A stretch of 64,000 nt of DNA from Candidatus Staskawiczbacteria bacterium (GTDB lineage Bacteria > Patescibacteriota > Minisyncoccia > Minisyncoccales > Staskawiczbacteraceae), in NCBI GenBank assembly GCA_903831095.1, contig CAIKWD010000026.1, forward strand, positions 29,290 to 93,289. The letters are read 5' to 3'. The position numbers were made by a program, and so were the translations under genes. The notes under the pieces are model-generated. The model was not told the DNA's origin. It did no database searches and worked only from the letters and a program-made list of their open reading frames with translations. This document shows positions 18,256-29,303 of this stretch, in pieces (the first letter of the stretch is position 1; the number at the start of each line of letters is the position of its first letter).

Positions 18256-20735
18256 TAAATTACTATGTTAATTAATTTGTTTGGTACGAAAACTATTTTT
18301 TTAACTTCAACTTCACCTATCAAAGCTTTTATTTTTTCAGACTTCATAACTATTTTTTCAGCTTCCTTTTGAGTCAGCCCAGCCTTTGCATTTATTTTAT
18401 CTCTAACTTTTCCATTTATCTGCACAATTAAAAGTACTTCTTGATCTTCAATTAATTTCTCGTCATATTTTGGCCACTTCTGCAAACTGCACATTTCCTT
18501 CAGTCCAGCGTTGGCCCAAAGTTCTTCAGCTAAATGCGGAGCAAAAGGAGAAAGAATAATTAAAAAGTTTGCCAAGTCCTTTTTATCCAAACCTGTGGCA
18601 GAAACTTGTCCCGCGGAGCGGGATCCCGTTACACGGGACCACTCATTTACAAATTCCATCATCGCACTTACAGAAGTATTAAATTTCATCAATTCAATAT
18701 CTTCTGCAACTTTCTTTACTGTCTTATGCAAAATCTTTTTCAATCCTTCTTCAGTTTTTACTGCAGCAGTTTTTTGCGATGCTAAATTATAAATCTTTTC
18801 CACAAATCTCCTGCATCCAACAACTCCTTTTGTATCCCAAGGAATCATTTGTTCAAATGGACCCATAAACATTTCATAAATTCTCAACGTGTCGGCTCCA
18901 TATTCTTTTACAATTACGTCTGGGTTAATAACATTCCCCTTAGACTTTGACATTTTAATTCCCCCTTCACCCAAAACCATTCCATGTGAGGTCCTCTTTT
19001 TATAGGGCTCAGATCCAATAGACAAAGGTACAGCTTTGATATCCCACAAAAATTTAAAAATAAATCTGGAATATAAAAGATGCAAAGTTGTATGTTCCAT
19101 TCCACCATTATACCAATCAACTGGAAGCCAATATTTGGCTAGAGATTCATCAACTAACTTTTTACTATTTTTAGGATCTATATATCTTAAAAAATACCAG
19201 TTAGAACCTGCCCAATTTGGCATAGTGTCGGTTTCCCTTTGAGCTGGACCTCCACATTTAGGACATTCTGTTTCTACCCAATTTTTAATCAAAGACAAAG
19301 GAGATTCTCCCGTATCTGTTGGCTTATATTTTTTTACATTGGGTAATTTAACCGGTAAATCTTTTTCAAAAACTGACTGCCATCCACACTTCTTACAAAA
19401 AATCATTGGTATTGGCTCACCCCAATAATGCTGTCTAGAAAAAACCCAATCTCTCAGTTTATAGCTTATTTTTGGTTGGGCAAATCCTTTTGAAGAAAGC
19501 CAAGCAATTATCAAGGGTCTCGCCTGAGCAGATTTCATACCGTCAAATTGAACAGAATTATAAAGAATTCCATCTCCTTCAAAACACTCCTCCAAATTCT
19601 TAACTTTCTGAGTAAGCAATTCATCGTCCGGTTTTATGGAAGTTCTTAATGGAATGCCATATTTCTTTGCCATTTTAAAATCTCTCTTGTCATGGGCATC
19701 AGCAAATACTGCTCCGGTTCCATATTGCTCTAAAACAAAGTCAGCAGTCCAAACAGGCATTTCCTCATTTGTTGCAGGATTCCTTACCAAAATACCCTTT
19801 AGCTGAACACCAGTTACATCTTTATCTTGATTGGTCCTATCCATATCAGAAACATTTTTAGCTTCCTCTCGATACTTTAAAACTTCATCAATGTTTTCAA
19901 TTCTGCTTTTATGAGTGTCTATAAAACTACTTCCAGGAGCTACAATTAAAAAAGTCCCAGAAAATATAGTATCTATTCTGGTTGTAAAAACATCTATAGA
20001 TTCTTCAACTCCTTCAATTGGAAACTTAACTAGGGCTCCATGAGATTCTCCAATCCAGTCCTTCTGCTGTGTTTTAATTTTTTCCAAATAATCTACATTT
20101 TCCAAATCTCTAATTAGCCTGTCAGCATAATTTGTAATTTTTATCATCCACTGCTCTTTTTCTCTTTTTTCAACTTTTGTCCCACATCTTTCGCAATTTC
20201 CATTTACCACTTCTTCGTTAGCCAAACCAATCAAACATGACGGACACCAATTTATATTAATTTTACTTTTATATGCCAACCCATTTTTAAACAACTGAAT
20301 AAAAATCCACTGAGTCCATTTATAATACTTTGGATCTGTAGTATCAATTTCTCTTGACCAGTCAAAAGACCACCCCATTCTCTGCATCTGTTCTTTAAAA
20401 TATTCAACATTCTTTTTTGTGACAACAGAAGGATGGACTCCTTTCTTAATTGCATAGTTTTCCGTAGGCAAACCAAAAGCATCCCAACCCATTGGATACA
20501 AAACATTAAACCCCTGCATTCTCTTCTTGCGAGCTATTATATCTAAGGCTGTATAACTCCTACAGTGTCCCACATGAAGCCCATCTCCAGAAGGGTATGG
20601 AAACTCCACCATGGCATAGAATTTCTTCTTCTTAGAGCCGTTTTTAGCCTTAAAAACGCTCGAATTAAACCACTTTTCCTGCCATTTTGCCTCTATTTTT
20701 TTAGGATTGTATTTTACCATATAGTTATCCTCCAT
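18255..20735 (-). CDS. leuS: Leucyl-tRNA synthetase (start probably ATG 20720)
   Basis: FPYPSG..LHVGH, GWDAFGLP, FSRQHYWG, KMSKS; SD GGAGGA before MVKY. Confidence 0.98.
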   Translation of the reverse strand: MEDNYMVKYNPKKIEAKWQEKWFNSSVFKAKNGSKKKKFYAMVEFPYPSGDGLHVGHCRSYTALDIIARKKRMQGFNVLYPMGWDAFGLPTENYAIKKGVHPSVVTKKNVEYFKEQMQRMGWSFDWSREIDTTDPKYYKWTQWIFIQLFKNGLAYKSKININWCPSCLIGLANEEVVNGNCERCGTKVEKREKEQWMIKITNYADRLIRDLENVDYLEKIKTQQKDWIGESHGALVKFPIEGVEESIDVFTTRIDTIFSGTFLIVAPGSSFIDTHKSRIENIDEVLKYREEAKNVSDMDRTNQDKDVTGVQLKGILVRNPATNEEMPVWTADFVLEQYGTGAVFADAHDKRDFKMAKKYGIPLRTSIKPDDELLTQKVKNLEECFEGDGILYNSVQFDGMKSAQARPLIIAWLSSKGFAQPKISYKLRDWVFSRQHYWGEPIPMIFCKKCGWQSVFEKDLPVKLPNVKKYKPTDTGESPLSLIKNWVETECPKCGGPAQRETDTMPNWAGSNWYFLRYIDPKNSKKLVDESLAKYWLPVDWYNGGMEHTTLHLLYSRFIFKFLWDIKAVPLSIGSEPYKKRTSHGMVLGEGGIKMSKSKGNVINPDVIVKEYGADTLRIYEMFMGPFEQMIPWDTKGVVGCRRFVEKIYNLASQKTAAVKTEEGLKKILHKTVKKVAEDIELMKFNTSVSAMMEFVNEWSRVTGSRSAGQVSATGLDKKDLANFLIILSPFAPHLAEELWANAGLKEMCSLQKWPKYDEKLIEDQEVLLIVQINGKVRDKINAKAGLTQKEAEKIVMKSEKIKALIGEVEVKKIVFVPNKLINIVI
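18609..18638. repeat. In-frame GGATCC-centred double-hairpin palindrome (30 nt) in leuS
   Basis: tcccgcggagcggga+tcccgttacacggga; encodes SRVTGSRSAG; near-identical copy in pyrH. Confidence 0.9.
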
Positions 20736-20818
20736 AATAGCATAACCGTATAAATTTTAAAGATCTTTAACTGTGAACAAAAAAAATCCGCGCATTGGCG
20801 AATTTTCTAAATTTTAAA

Positions 20819-21640
20819 TTATATATTAAATAATTTTTTGGCGTTTTCAGTAGTTTTACTGGCAATTTCTTCAAAACTTATTCCTTTAAGCTCAGCTATT
20901 TTTTGAATTACATGTTTTACAAAAATCGGTTCATTTCTGGTTTCTTTCGGGCCAGCTTGCGGGGGTGTTAAGTATGGGCAATCTGTCTCAACTAAAATTT
21001 TATCGAGCGTGGTCTGTTTTATAACCTCGTCTATATCGAACTTGAAAATTATTCCATTTATACCCAAGGAAAATCCCAAATTTATATACTTTTTTGCCTC
21101 TTCTAAACTGCCAGTAAAACAATGAATTACTCCCTTATTTTTCCTATTAGCCAAAATTTCCAAAACATCATTATGAGCCATTCTGCAATGAATTATTACT
21201 GGTAAATCTAATTCCTCTGCCAAATCCAACTGTTCAATAAATACTTTCTTTTGTAATTCCTTAAATTGCTCTAATCGTGATGTTGTTTTAGGCCTATAAT
21301 AATAGTCTAAACCAATTTCACCAATGGCTACCACCTTTTTTGACTTAGCCAATTCTCTATATTTTTCTTTATCAAACTCCTCTCCAAGCGGAGCAAAATT
21401 ACCTTCTTCTTCATCTGTCCTTAGCTTCATTAAGTCTGTCTTAATATGAATTGGATGTAAGCCAATAGAAGCATATATTCCTTCATTCTTTTCAGCCAAT
21501 TCAATTGCGTTTTTGGAAGTCTCATATTTTGTCCCAATATCAATACAAATAACACCTTCTTTCTGAGTGCATTTTACAACCTCTTCCCTGTCCTTATCGT
21601 AAGCCTTAAAGCTTAAATGGCTATGTGTATCGATTATCAT
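20819..21640 (-). CDS. tatD: TatD family DNase
   Basis: IDTHSH, GEIGLDY, HCR, HCF, ETDCPY, RNEP. Confidence 0.95.
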   Translation of the reverse strand: MIIDTHSHLSFKAYDKDREEVVKCTQKEGVICIDIGTKYETSKNAIELAEKNEGIYASIGLHPIHIKTDLMKLRTDEEEGNFAPLGEEFDKEKYRELAKSKKVVAIGEIGLDYYYRPKTTSRLEQFKELQKKVFIEQLDLAEELDLPVIIHCRMAHNDVLEILANRKNKGVIHCFTGSLEEAKKYINLGFSLGINGIIFKFDIDEVIKQTTLDKILVETDCPYLTPPQAGPKETRNEPIFVKHVIQKIAELKGISFEEIASKTTENAKKLFNI

Positions 21641-21646
21641 AATAAT

Positions 21647-22009
21647 TTAAAAAAATGTTGCCGTAAATAGTCCGATGGCCCCCAATATAAAACCGACAAT
21701 CGCCCCAGGGGTAGGAATTTGCTTAAAAAATACCCAGGCTAAAATTGGTTCCATTAATAAAATTGATGTTATTGAAATTACGCTTACTACCCAAATATTT
21801 TTAAAAACATTTATCCCAAGCATATATCCAAACAACACTGTTCCTCCAGCTATAGCGATAATCAAAAAAGCCTTTAAAAAAACATTCCAAAACGGCTGCG
21901 AATTTAAATAGTCCCCTTTTGCTCCAAGCATCTGTCCGTAGATGTATAAAGCTTCTCCTAAAAAAACTAAGGCAATAATAAAAATTTTAGGCCACAATCC
22001 TGCAATCAT
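21647..22009 (-). CDS. 4-TM SMR/DMT-like membrane protein (paralog of 47506-47859)
   Basis: Four hydrophobic segments, GE..Y.Y, KNIW, MEPILAW.FFKQ.PT. Confidence 0.75.
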   Translation of the reverse strand: MIAGLWPKIFIIALVFLGEALYIYGQMLGAKGDYLNSQPFWNVFLKAFLIIAIAGGTVLFGYMLGINVFKNIWVVSVISITSILLMEPILAWVFFKQIPTPGAIVGFILGAIGLFTATFF

Positions 22010-22015
22010 ATAAAT

Positions 22016-23446
22016 TTATTTAATAATTCTCGGAAACAAATTTTCTGATTTTTTATTTTCGATTGCTTTTATAATCTTCTCAGCTGTTTCAGGAATAAAA
22101 GGTAAAAGCAAATTTCCAATTTCTTTTATAGCATAAAACAGATCGCTTATAACTTTAGGATTTTTTGTCTCCCAAAGCTTTTCCTCATTTATGTATTTGT
22201 CGCAGTGGCTTATTAATTCCCAAATACATATCAAAGCCTCGTTAAATTTAAATTCCTCAAGTAAAGTATTATATTTTTCTTTTGACTCCTCAGCTTTCTT
22301 AATAATTTCCTTTGAAGGTTTAGATTCTTTAAAATCTATTTTAGATGAAATTCCCAATACCCTAGCAACTAAATTTCCAATACCTCCTGCCAAATCTGAA
22401 TTATACCTTTGCTCAAATTTTTCATATGTAAAATCACCATCCTCAGTTGGAAGAATTTCTCTTAGTAAATAATATCTCACAGCATCTACTCCGTATTTTT
22501 TAACTAGCTCAAAAGGATCAATTACATTCCCTAAAGATTTGGACATTTTCTGACCATCAACGTTTAAAAATCCGTGCACAAAAATTGACTTTGGTAGTCT
22601 TAAACCGGCAGACAAAAGCATTGCCGGCCAAAATATTGTATGAAACTTCATTATATCCTTTCCTATGCAATGCACGTCGGCCGGCCAATATTTTTTAAAT
22701 TGTTTGTTTTCTTCTGCATATCCAATGGCAGAAATATAATTTGGTAGAGCATCACACCAAACATACATGACTTGTTCGGAATCACCAGGAACCTCAAAAC
22801 CCCAATATTTGTCCTTTGTCCTGGAAAAACTAACATCTTCCATACCTTGTTTTAGCATGCCTAAAGTCTCGTTCTTTTTCGACTCTGGAATAACTTGTAA
22901 TTCCCCACTAATAATCAACTCCTCTATTTTTTTATTATATTTTGAAAGCTTAAAAAAATAATTCTCCTCTTCCACAATCTCAAGAGGCTTTAAATGTATT
23001 ACACATTTTCCATCAGTTATTTCTTTTTCTGTTTTAAAGGATTCGCAACCAGGACAGTAATAACCTTTATATTTCTTCTTATATATGTCTCCACTAGCAT
23101 CTAACTTTTTCCAAAGCTTCTCAACAGCAGGCTTATGTTTAACTTCATCAGTTGTTCTAATAAAGTCGTCATTGGAAATATTTAAAGCCTTAGTCAAATC
23201 TCTAAACTTACCAGAAACTTCATCAGCAAAATCCTTAGGATCTCGCCCAAGTTCCCTAGCAACTCTCAAAGTCTTAATTCCATGTTCATCTGTGCCAGTC
23301 AAAAAGAAAACATCTTTTCCTAATTGCCTGTTGTATCTTGCCAAAACATCGGCCTGAATTGCCTCTAGCGCAAAACCAACGTGAGGTGAAGCATTTGTAT
23401 AAGGTATGCTGGTTGTTATATAAAACTTTTTCTTTTTTGTAAACAT
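22016..23446 (-). CDS. metG: Methionyl-tRNA synthetase (short form)
   Basis: PYTNASPHVG, GTDEHG, YVWCDAL, KMSKSLGN. Confidence 0.97.
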   Translation of the reverse strand: MFTKKKKFYITTSIPYTNASPHVGFALEAIQADVLARYNRQLGKDVFFLTGTDEHGIKTLRVARELGRDPKDFADEVSGKFRDLTKALNISNDDFIRTTDEVKHKPAVEKLWKKLDASGDIYKKKYKGYYCPGCESFKTEKEITDGKCVIHLKPLEIVEEENYFFKLSKYNKKIEELIISGELQVIPESKKNETLGMLKQGMEDVSFSRTKDKYWGFEVPGDSEQVMYVWCDALPNYISAIGYAEENKQFKKYWPADVHCIGKDIMKFHTIFWPAMLLSAGLRLPKSIFVHGFLNVDGQKMSKSLGNVIDPFELVKKYGVDAVRYYLLREILPTEDGDFTYEKFEQRYNSDLAGGIGNLVARVLGISSKIDFKESKPSKEIIKKAEESKEKYNTLLEEFKFNEALICIWELISHCDKYINEEKLWETKNPKVISDLFYAIKEIGNLLLPFIPETAEKIIKAIENKKSENLFPRIIK

Positions 23447-23487
23447 AGTATAATTACCTAATTCTATATTATTTTAACTAAAATTCA

Positions 23488-23937
23488 ATGATTTTATTAG
23501 TACATATGCTTTTTGGAGCAGCTATTGGGTATACTGTAGGCAATATTCCACTTGCTATATTACTAGCCTTTTTAAGTCATTACTTTTTGGATTTATTCCC
23601 ACATATTGAATATAATATCGACGCAATTGAAGAAAAAAAAATAAAGGATAAACTACCTGTTATTTTTAAAATAGCATCAGATTTATTATTTGGAATTTTA
23701 TTAGTGTTTGTACTGTCTAACAATCAACTAATTGCATATATAGGCGCATTTTTTGGCATATTACCAGACGGACTTACTATTATGCAAAATCGTTTCCCAA
23801 ATAATTTTTTGTCTTTCCACAAAAAATTCCATACGGAAAAAGTCCACTTTCTTAAAAACAAAAAATTCTCCAATTTTTGGAGAATTTTAAGCCAAATTAC
23901 AGTAATTATAATTTCTATAATTTTATTAAAGTTTTAA
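23488..23937 (+). CDS. Hypothetical membrane protein (metal-dependent hydrolase-like motifs)
   Basis: H...G, SHYFLDLFPH, LPD, FH..FH; hydrophobic. Confidence 0.7.
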   Translation: MILLVHMLFGAAIGYTVGNIPLAILLAFLSHYFLDLFPHIEYNIDAIEEKKIKDKLPVIFKIASDLLFGILLVFVLSNNQLIAYIGAFFGILPDGLTIMQNRFPNNFLSFHKKFHTEKVHFLKNKKFSNFWRILSQITVIIISIILLKF

Positions 23938-24968
23938 TCAATAGATAAAGCTTCTTCTTTTCTCCTCTGTAAGAATTCCTTCACAAACTCATAAATAATT
24001 CCAAAAACCGGAACAGCAAAAATTGTTCCCAAAAATCCGAAAAGTTTGGCTCCAATAAGCAAAGAAATCAAAACTAAGACTGGTGGCACATCCACTAGTC
24101 TTTTCATTAGAATTGGAGTTAAAAGCTTGTTTTCCACTTCCTGAATTATTAAAACAGCTATCATCACATATAAAAGTGTTACCCATGAACCAGATGAAAC
24201 AAGAATAAAAACAACAAGTAAAATAGTTGTTATCCAAGGCCCTATATATGGAATAAAATTCATCACTCCCGATATTAAACCAAGAATAAAAGCATATTTA
24301 ACTCCAAAAGCAAAAAAGACTATATACGAAGCCAAACCAACAAAAATACATGAAAGAATTCTAGCTCCAAACCACCCGGAAATTTTGTTTTGAGCCCTTT
24401 GAAAAAGAGCAACAATTCCTTCCTCATATTTTTTAGGCAAAATTAAGGTTAGAAAGTTTTTAAATGCATCTTCTTCCAAAGAAAGAAAAAATGCAGTAGT
24501 TAAAATAAAAGCTGTAGAATAAAGACCACCAAAAAAAGTTGAAATAGCACTCATAATACCCTTAGAACTTTGAGACAATCCACTGACTAAAATTTGGGTA
24601 AAGTTGTCAAAAGTCGGCGTAATATCAATGCCTATTTGTTGCATAATTGGATTCATTTGGTTCCAATAATCTGGCAAATACTGGGCCAATTGCTTCAATT
24701 CAGAAATAAATATTGGGGCAGTTAAATACATTAATAAGCCTAAAATTCCAAAAATAGAAAAATAAACAATTAAAATAGCTATTATTTTAGGAATCCAAAA
24801 TTTCCTTAAAAAGTTGATGGCTGGAGCCAGCAAAACTGACATTGCCAAAGCAAAGAAAAACCACAAGGCAATTTCCTTAGTCAGATAAATAAAATAAAAA
24901 ATAAAAATCGCAACAAATATCTTCGCTATTGTTTCCCAAGAAATTTCTAAAACTTGTTTTGTTTCCAT
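23934..24968 (-). CDS. AI-2E family transporter (PerM-like)
   Basis: NFIPYIGP, QEVENKLLTP.LM, GAKLFGFLG.IFAVP. Confidence 0.9.
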   Translation of the reverse strand: METKQVLEISWETIAKIFVAIFIFYFIYLTKEIALWFFFALAMSVLLAPAINFLRKFWIPKIIAILIVYFSIFGILGLLMYLTAPIFISELKQLAQYLPDYWNQMNPIMQQIGIDITPTFDNFTQILVSGLSQSSKGIMSAISTFFGGLYSTAFILTTAFFLSLEEDAFKNFLTLILPKKYEEGIVALFQRAQNKISGWFGARILSCIFVGLASYIVFFAFGVKYAFILGLISGVMNFIPYIGPWITTILLVVFILVSSGSWVTLLYVMIAVLIIQEVENKLLTPILMKRLVDVPPVLVLISLLIGAKLFGFLGTIFAVPVFGIIYEFVKEFLQRRKEEALSID

Positions 24969-24972
24969 TTTA

Positions 24973-26250
24973 TTAAATTTTTAAAAGTCTTTTTATTTTT
25001 TTGGAATCTTTTTCCTCAACTGGTCCAATAATTGCTAAATTTAACTTTTCTGGCACGAAAATATCTTTTGCTATTTCTTGCACTTCTTCTATTGTTACTT
25101 CATTAATTTTCCTAAACTTCTCCTCAGGAGTAGAAATATCCTTTTCAAGTAATTCCTGCATTCCATAAAAAGATGCCTGGTTATCTGAAGCATCCAAGCT
25201 CAAAGAAGTAGCGCCCTTCAAATAATCTTTAGCTTTTTGTAATTCTTTGACAGAAATTTTCTTGGTTTTCATTTCTGTGTACTCTTTGAGAATAAGCTCA
25301 ATGGATTTTTCTAGATTTTTGTGGTCTATACCAGCTTGAGTCACCAAATATCCGCAATCTGTAGCGTTGTCCACTGAAGTATGGATTGAATATGCTAAGC
25401 CATTTCTTTCTCTAACCTTAATAAAAAGTCTAGAACTCATATTACCCCCCAAAATAACAGCCAATAAAGCTAACGCATTTCTTCTTTTATCAAACAAATC
25501 GTAAGCTCTTACTCCAAGGCAAAAATGTGTCTGGTCAGTTTTTTTATAATGCAATAAAACTTCCGGCTCTGATTGTATTTCCTTTACTATAAGTTTTTGT
25601 TGTTCCGGGCTTTTCTTTACACCTGAAAAATAATCTTTAACTTCGCTTTCAATTTTGTCTGAAGATATGGCTCCGGCAACGCAAACAATTACATTTGATG
25701 GAGAATAATGCGATTTGTAATAATTTACGACTTTTTCCCTGTTAAAACTTAAAATGCTTTCTTTTGTTCCTATGGCGCTCCAGCCTGCAGGTTGATCTCC
25801 ATATAAAAGCTTTTCCCAAAGATCCCCCAAATAAGCTGTAGGAGTATCTAAATACATATTCATTTCCTCTATCACAACCCCTTTTTCTCTTTCCATCTCA
25901 TTGGCATCAAATTTGGAATTCAAAAATATGTCAAAAATCCAGTCAAAGGCAATTTTATAGTGAGATTTGTCTACTTTTGCGTAAAACCCTGTGACCTCTT
26001 TAGAAGTAAAAGCATTGTACTCTCCTCCAACCATGTCTAAAGTTTCTGAAACTTTTAAAGTGCTTGGACGCTTTTTTGTCCCCTTAAAAAACATATGCTC
26101 TAAAAAATGAGAAATTCCATTAATATCTTTTGTCTCATATTTTGACCCAGTTCCAACCAATATCAAAACCGTCACACTGTTGGCGTTTTCCATTGGAACA
26201 GTTATGACTCTCAGCCCATTATCTAATGTTATTTTTTTATATAAATTCAT
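24973..26250 (-). CDS. M16 family zinc peptidase
   Basis: HFLEH, NAFTS, LGGNMSSRLF..VRE..GLAY. Confidence 0.95.
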   Translation of the reverse strand: MNLYKKITLDNGLRVITVPMENANSVTVLILVGTGSKYETKDINGISHFLEHMFFKGTKKRPSTLKVSETLDMVGGEYNAFTSKEVTGFYAKVDKSHYKIAFDWIFDIFLNSKFDANEMEREKGVVIEEMNMYLDTPTAYLGDLWEKLLYGDQPAGWSAIGTKESILSFNREKVVNYYKSHYSPSNVIVCVAGAISSDKIESEVKDYFSGVKKSPEQQKLIVKEIQSEPEVLLHYKKTDQTHFCLGVRAYDLFDKRRNALALLAVILGGNMSSRLFIKVRERNGLAYSIHTSVDNATDCGYLVTQAGIDHKNLEKSIELILKEYTEMKTKKISVKELQKAKDYLKGATSLSLDASDNQASFYGMQELLEKDISTPEEKFRKINEVTIEEVQEIAKDIFVPEKLNLAIIGPVEEKDSKKIKRLLKI

Positions 26251-26252
26251 TT

Positions 26253-27545
26253 TTATTGAAGCTTATTGTTTAAAAATAATACCAAGTCTTCAATTTTAAT
26301 CCTTTCCTGTTTCATTGTGTCTCTATCTCTAATAGTAACATCATTTTTTTCTAAGGAATCAAAATCAATAGTTACACAAAATGGAGTTCCAATTTCATCC
26401 TGGCTGTAATATCTTTTGCCAATATTACCTCTTTCGTCAAAAATTACAACAAAATCTTTTTTCAGCATTTTATAAACTTCTTTTGCTTTTTCAACCAATT
26501 CTGGCTTGTTCTTCAAAAGAGGAAAAACTGCAATTTTATATGGGGCCAAGCTTGGCTTTAATTTCAAAACAATTCTCTCATCTTCTTCTGCATATGCATT
26601 ACACAATACAGCCAAAACTGACCTGTCTACTCCCCATGTAGGCTCTACAACATGCGGATATAATTTTTCTTTAAGTTCAATATTTTCATATGGCGCCTCT
26701 TTAAAATGGTTCTTTAAATCAAAATCAGTCCTGTAAGCCAAACCATAAAGTTCTTTTCTGCCAAATGGAAAATCATACTCAAAATCAATTGTTTTTTTAG
26801 AATAGTGAGCTCTCTCTCCATCGGGGATATCCAACTCATGTATATCTTTTTCTTTCAACCCCAAAACATCAGTCATCCATAACTGCATTTCTTTTCTCCA
26901 CATTTCAAAAACCTTTTCCCATTCCTCTTCTTTTATAAAATATTCAATTTCCATTTGTTCAAACTCCCTTGTCCTAAAAATAAAGTTTCCCGGAGTTATT
27001 TCGTTCCGGAAAGCTTTACCAATTTGCGCAATTCCAAATGGAAGTTTTCTTCTGGTTGTGTCCAAAACATTCTTAAAATCAACAAACATTGCCTGCGCAG
27101 TTTCTGGCCTAAAATACACTATGCTTTCATCATTTTCTACAGGGCCCAAAAAAGTCTTAAGCATCAAGTTAAATTGCTTAGCTGACATTAATTCTCCTTT
27201 GCAGTCAGGACAATTTTTACTTTCCAATTGATCTTCTCTAAACCTATGATGACATTTTTTACATTCTACTAATGGATCTGAAAAATTTTTCAAATGCCCT
27301 GAAGATTCCCAAACTTTTGGATTCATTATCAAGGCTGCGTCAATTCCAACCATATCATCCCTCTGGTGCACAAACCTTTTCCACCAAGCATTTTTTATAT
27401 TGTTTTTCAATTCAACTCCCAACGGCCCATAATCAAAAGAATTAGCTAATCCTCCATAAATTTCCGAACCAGGGAAAATAAAACCCCTTCTTTTACATAA
27501 AGAAACTATTTTTTCTATTGAATTACCTTCCTCTTTTTTTACCAT
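26253..27545 (-). CDS. glyQS: Glycyl-tRNA synthetase, alpha2 type
   Basis: KRRGF, RPETAQ, FRNEITP..FIFRTREFEQME. Confidence 0.97.
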   Translation of the reverse strand: MVKKEEGNSIEKIVSLCKRRGFIFPGSEIYGGLANSFDYGPLGVELKNNIKNAWWKRFVHQRDDMVGIDAALIMNPKVWESSGHLKNFSDPLVECKKCHHRFREDQLESKNCPDCKGELMSAKQFNLMLKTFLGPVENDESIVYFRPETAQAMFVDFKNVLDTTRRKLPFGIAQIGKAFRNEITPGNFIFRTREFEQMEIEYFIKEEEWEKVFEMWRKEMQLWMTDVLGLKEKDIHELDIPDGERAHYSKKTIDFEYDFPFGRKELYGLAYRTDFDLKNHFKEAPYENIELKEKLYPHVVEPTWGVDRSVLAVLCNAYAEEDERIVLKLKPSLAPYKIAVFPLLKNKPELVEKAKEVYKMLKKDFVVIFDERGNIGKRYYSQDEIGTPFCVTIDFDSLEKNDVTIRDRDTMKQERIKIEDLVLFLNNKLQ

Positions 27546-27606
27546 ATAAAATAAAGTTAATTGATTTATACTACCCTTTTGACCCTATTAATTCAATATT
27601 CCCTGA

Positions 27607-29271
27607 TTATTGGACTATGCCGCCGGCTGAATTGGCAAAATCATCAGGCAAATTTGTGTTGACCGCCGAGTCTTCCGAAGTAACAGTAGTATTGGTAAAT
27701 TGGTTTTCCCCTGAAATTTGCGCTGGTCCTATAAGCTGAGCCGTTGATCCTTTTTGAGAAACATTTGGAGTAAAAGAAACTTGAAATGAAAGTTCTACTG
27801 GGTCTCCAGTAACTCCCATACCGGCCTTTATATCTCCAACTGACCAAACAATTTCCCTGCTGGCAGAATCAAATGAAAAATCAGATGCCTCATATTGCGA
27901 AGATATTTGACCAGTTAAACTAACATTATCTGGTAATACTGCCTTTACCTTAACATTTTTTACATCACTGAAATAATTTTTAATACCCCAATTAATTGTA
28001 TACGTAGTTGCCTGACCAACCTTTGGCGGAATGATACCAGAGTTGACAATGTTCGCATCTTTGTAAAAACCTTTTTGGGAAATTATTAATCCCGAACTAA
28101 TTTTAATAGTAAATTTCTGAGTTATTTGCGAAATATTAACTGAATCTGTAATTACTGCACTGTTGGCATCAATTGCAGATGGATTCCAATCACTTCTTAC
28201 TTTTACACTGAAATCAACCTCTCCCTCCTGCTGAACATCCAAATTTCTCAGCTGTGGCGCCTGATTGTAATCCCAAACAATCATATTGTCATTTGGCTGA
28301 GCTTGTCCTCCATCTTCAGCTTGTATTGTTGACATATCTAAAGCTGGGCTGTCAATTTTAGCTACCATAAATAAGTTTTCAAATGGAGTTGAACCTATAT
28401 TCCTGAAAAAAATCTGATAGCGGAGTGTTTCCCCAGGTGAAGCCACATAAGAAGCAGAACCATTAACCTGCTGGGAAATAAACAATAATGGCTGAATAAC
28501 CTGTACATTTACGCTCGTTTGTTTTATCACTACAAAATTACCATTCTGCCACATTCCCAGTGAAGCTGAAAAAACCAAACTTTTATTAGTATCTGCAGAA
28601 ACTTTTCCAGAAATATTAATTCTTCCACCTTGAGCTTTGTTTAAGGTCTCCAATTTCCATTCAGTATTGTCTAAAGATGTCGGATCTGCTGAAACAAAAT
28701 CAAAACCAGGTGTAGGATCTATTTTTATACTTAGGTTTTCCAGTGGATAATCAACATTAGAAAAATAATTTATTGCATATTGCAAACTTTTCCCTTGTTC
28801 TACCTTAGTTGGTAAATCAAAATCCAAAGTTATAGTAGCAGAATCTATTTTAGTTATAAAAGTTGTTCGTGACTCATAAGGAGCAGTAATATTTTTAGGA
28901 ACATAAGATAAAGAAGCCTTGGCAGTTTTAAGATCTCCATCTTTACCCAAAAGACGCACCTTAAATTTTACTGATTCCTGATTACCAGGGTATATGTCAC
29001 TCAAATTTTTAACAAAAAGAGTTTTACCATCTTCAGTCAAAGAATTATCTGGTAATTCAAAAATCAATTTCGCTTTTTCCAAAACAAAATTTCCATTATT
29101 CTTGTATTGCACATTGTATTCTATCTCATCTCCAACCTTGGCATTGTCTGGCCCTAAAATTTCCAGTTTCAAAATTTCTTTGGAAAACACTCCTCCCCTA
29201 TAATAAAAAAACAAAGCAAAGCCTAGTACAACAACTATTAATAAAATAAAATATATTATTTTTTTGTTCAT
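27607..29271 (-). CDS. Membrane-anchored surface protein with multiple Ig-like (DUF11-like) domains
   Basis: N-terminal TM; repeated GD.I.Y...Y.N / PGETLRY...N / YTINW...N beta-sandwich motifs. Confidence 0.75.
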   Translation of the reverse strand: MNKKIIYFILLIVVVLGFALFFYYRGGVFSKEILKLEILGPDNAKVGDEIEYNVQYKNNGNFVLEKAKLIFELPDNSLTEDGKTLFVKNLSDIYPGNQESVKFKVRLLGKDGDLKTAKASLSYVPKNITAPYESRTTFITKIDSATITLDFDLPTKVEQGKSLQYAINYFSNVDYPLENLSIKIDPTPGFDFVSADPTSLDNTEWKLETLNKAQGGRINISGKVSADTNKSLVFSASLGMWQNGNFVVIKQTSVNVQVIQPLLFISQQVNGSASYVASPGETLRYQIFFRNIGSTPFENLFMVAKIDSPALDMSTIQAEDGGQAQPNDNMIVWDYNQAPQLRNLDVQQEGEVDFSVKVRSDWNPSAIDANSAVITDSVNISQITQKFTIKISSGLIISQKGFYKDANIVNSGIIPPKVGQATTYTINWGIKNYFSDVKNVKVKAVLPDNVSLTGQISSQYEASDFSFDSASREIVWSVGDIKAGMGVTGDPVELSFQVSFTPNVSQKGSTAQLIGPAQISGENQFTNTTVTSEDSAVNTNLPDDFANSAGGIVQ

Positions 29272-29303
29272 AATTTTTAAAATTAAAACATTACTTAATT
29301 ATA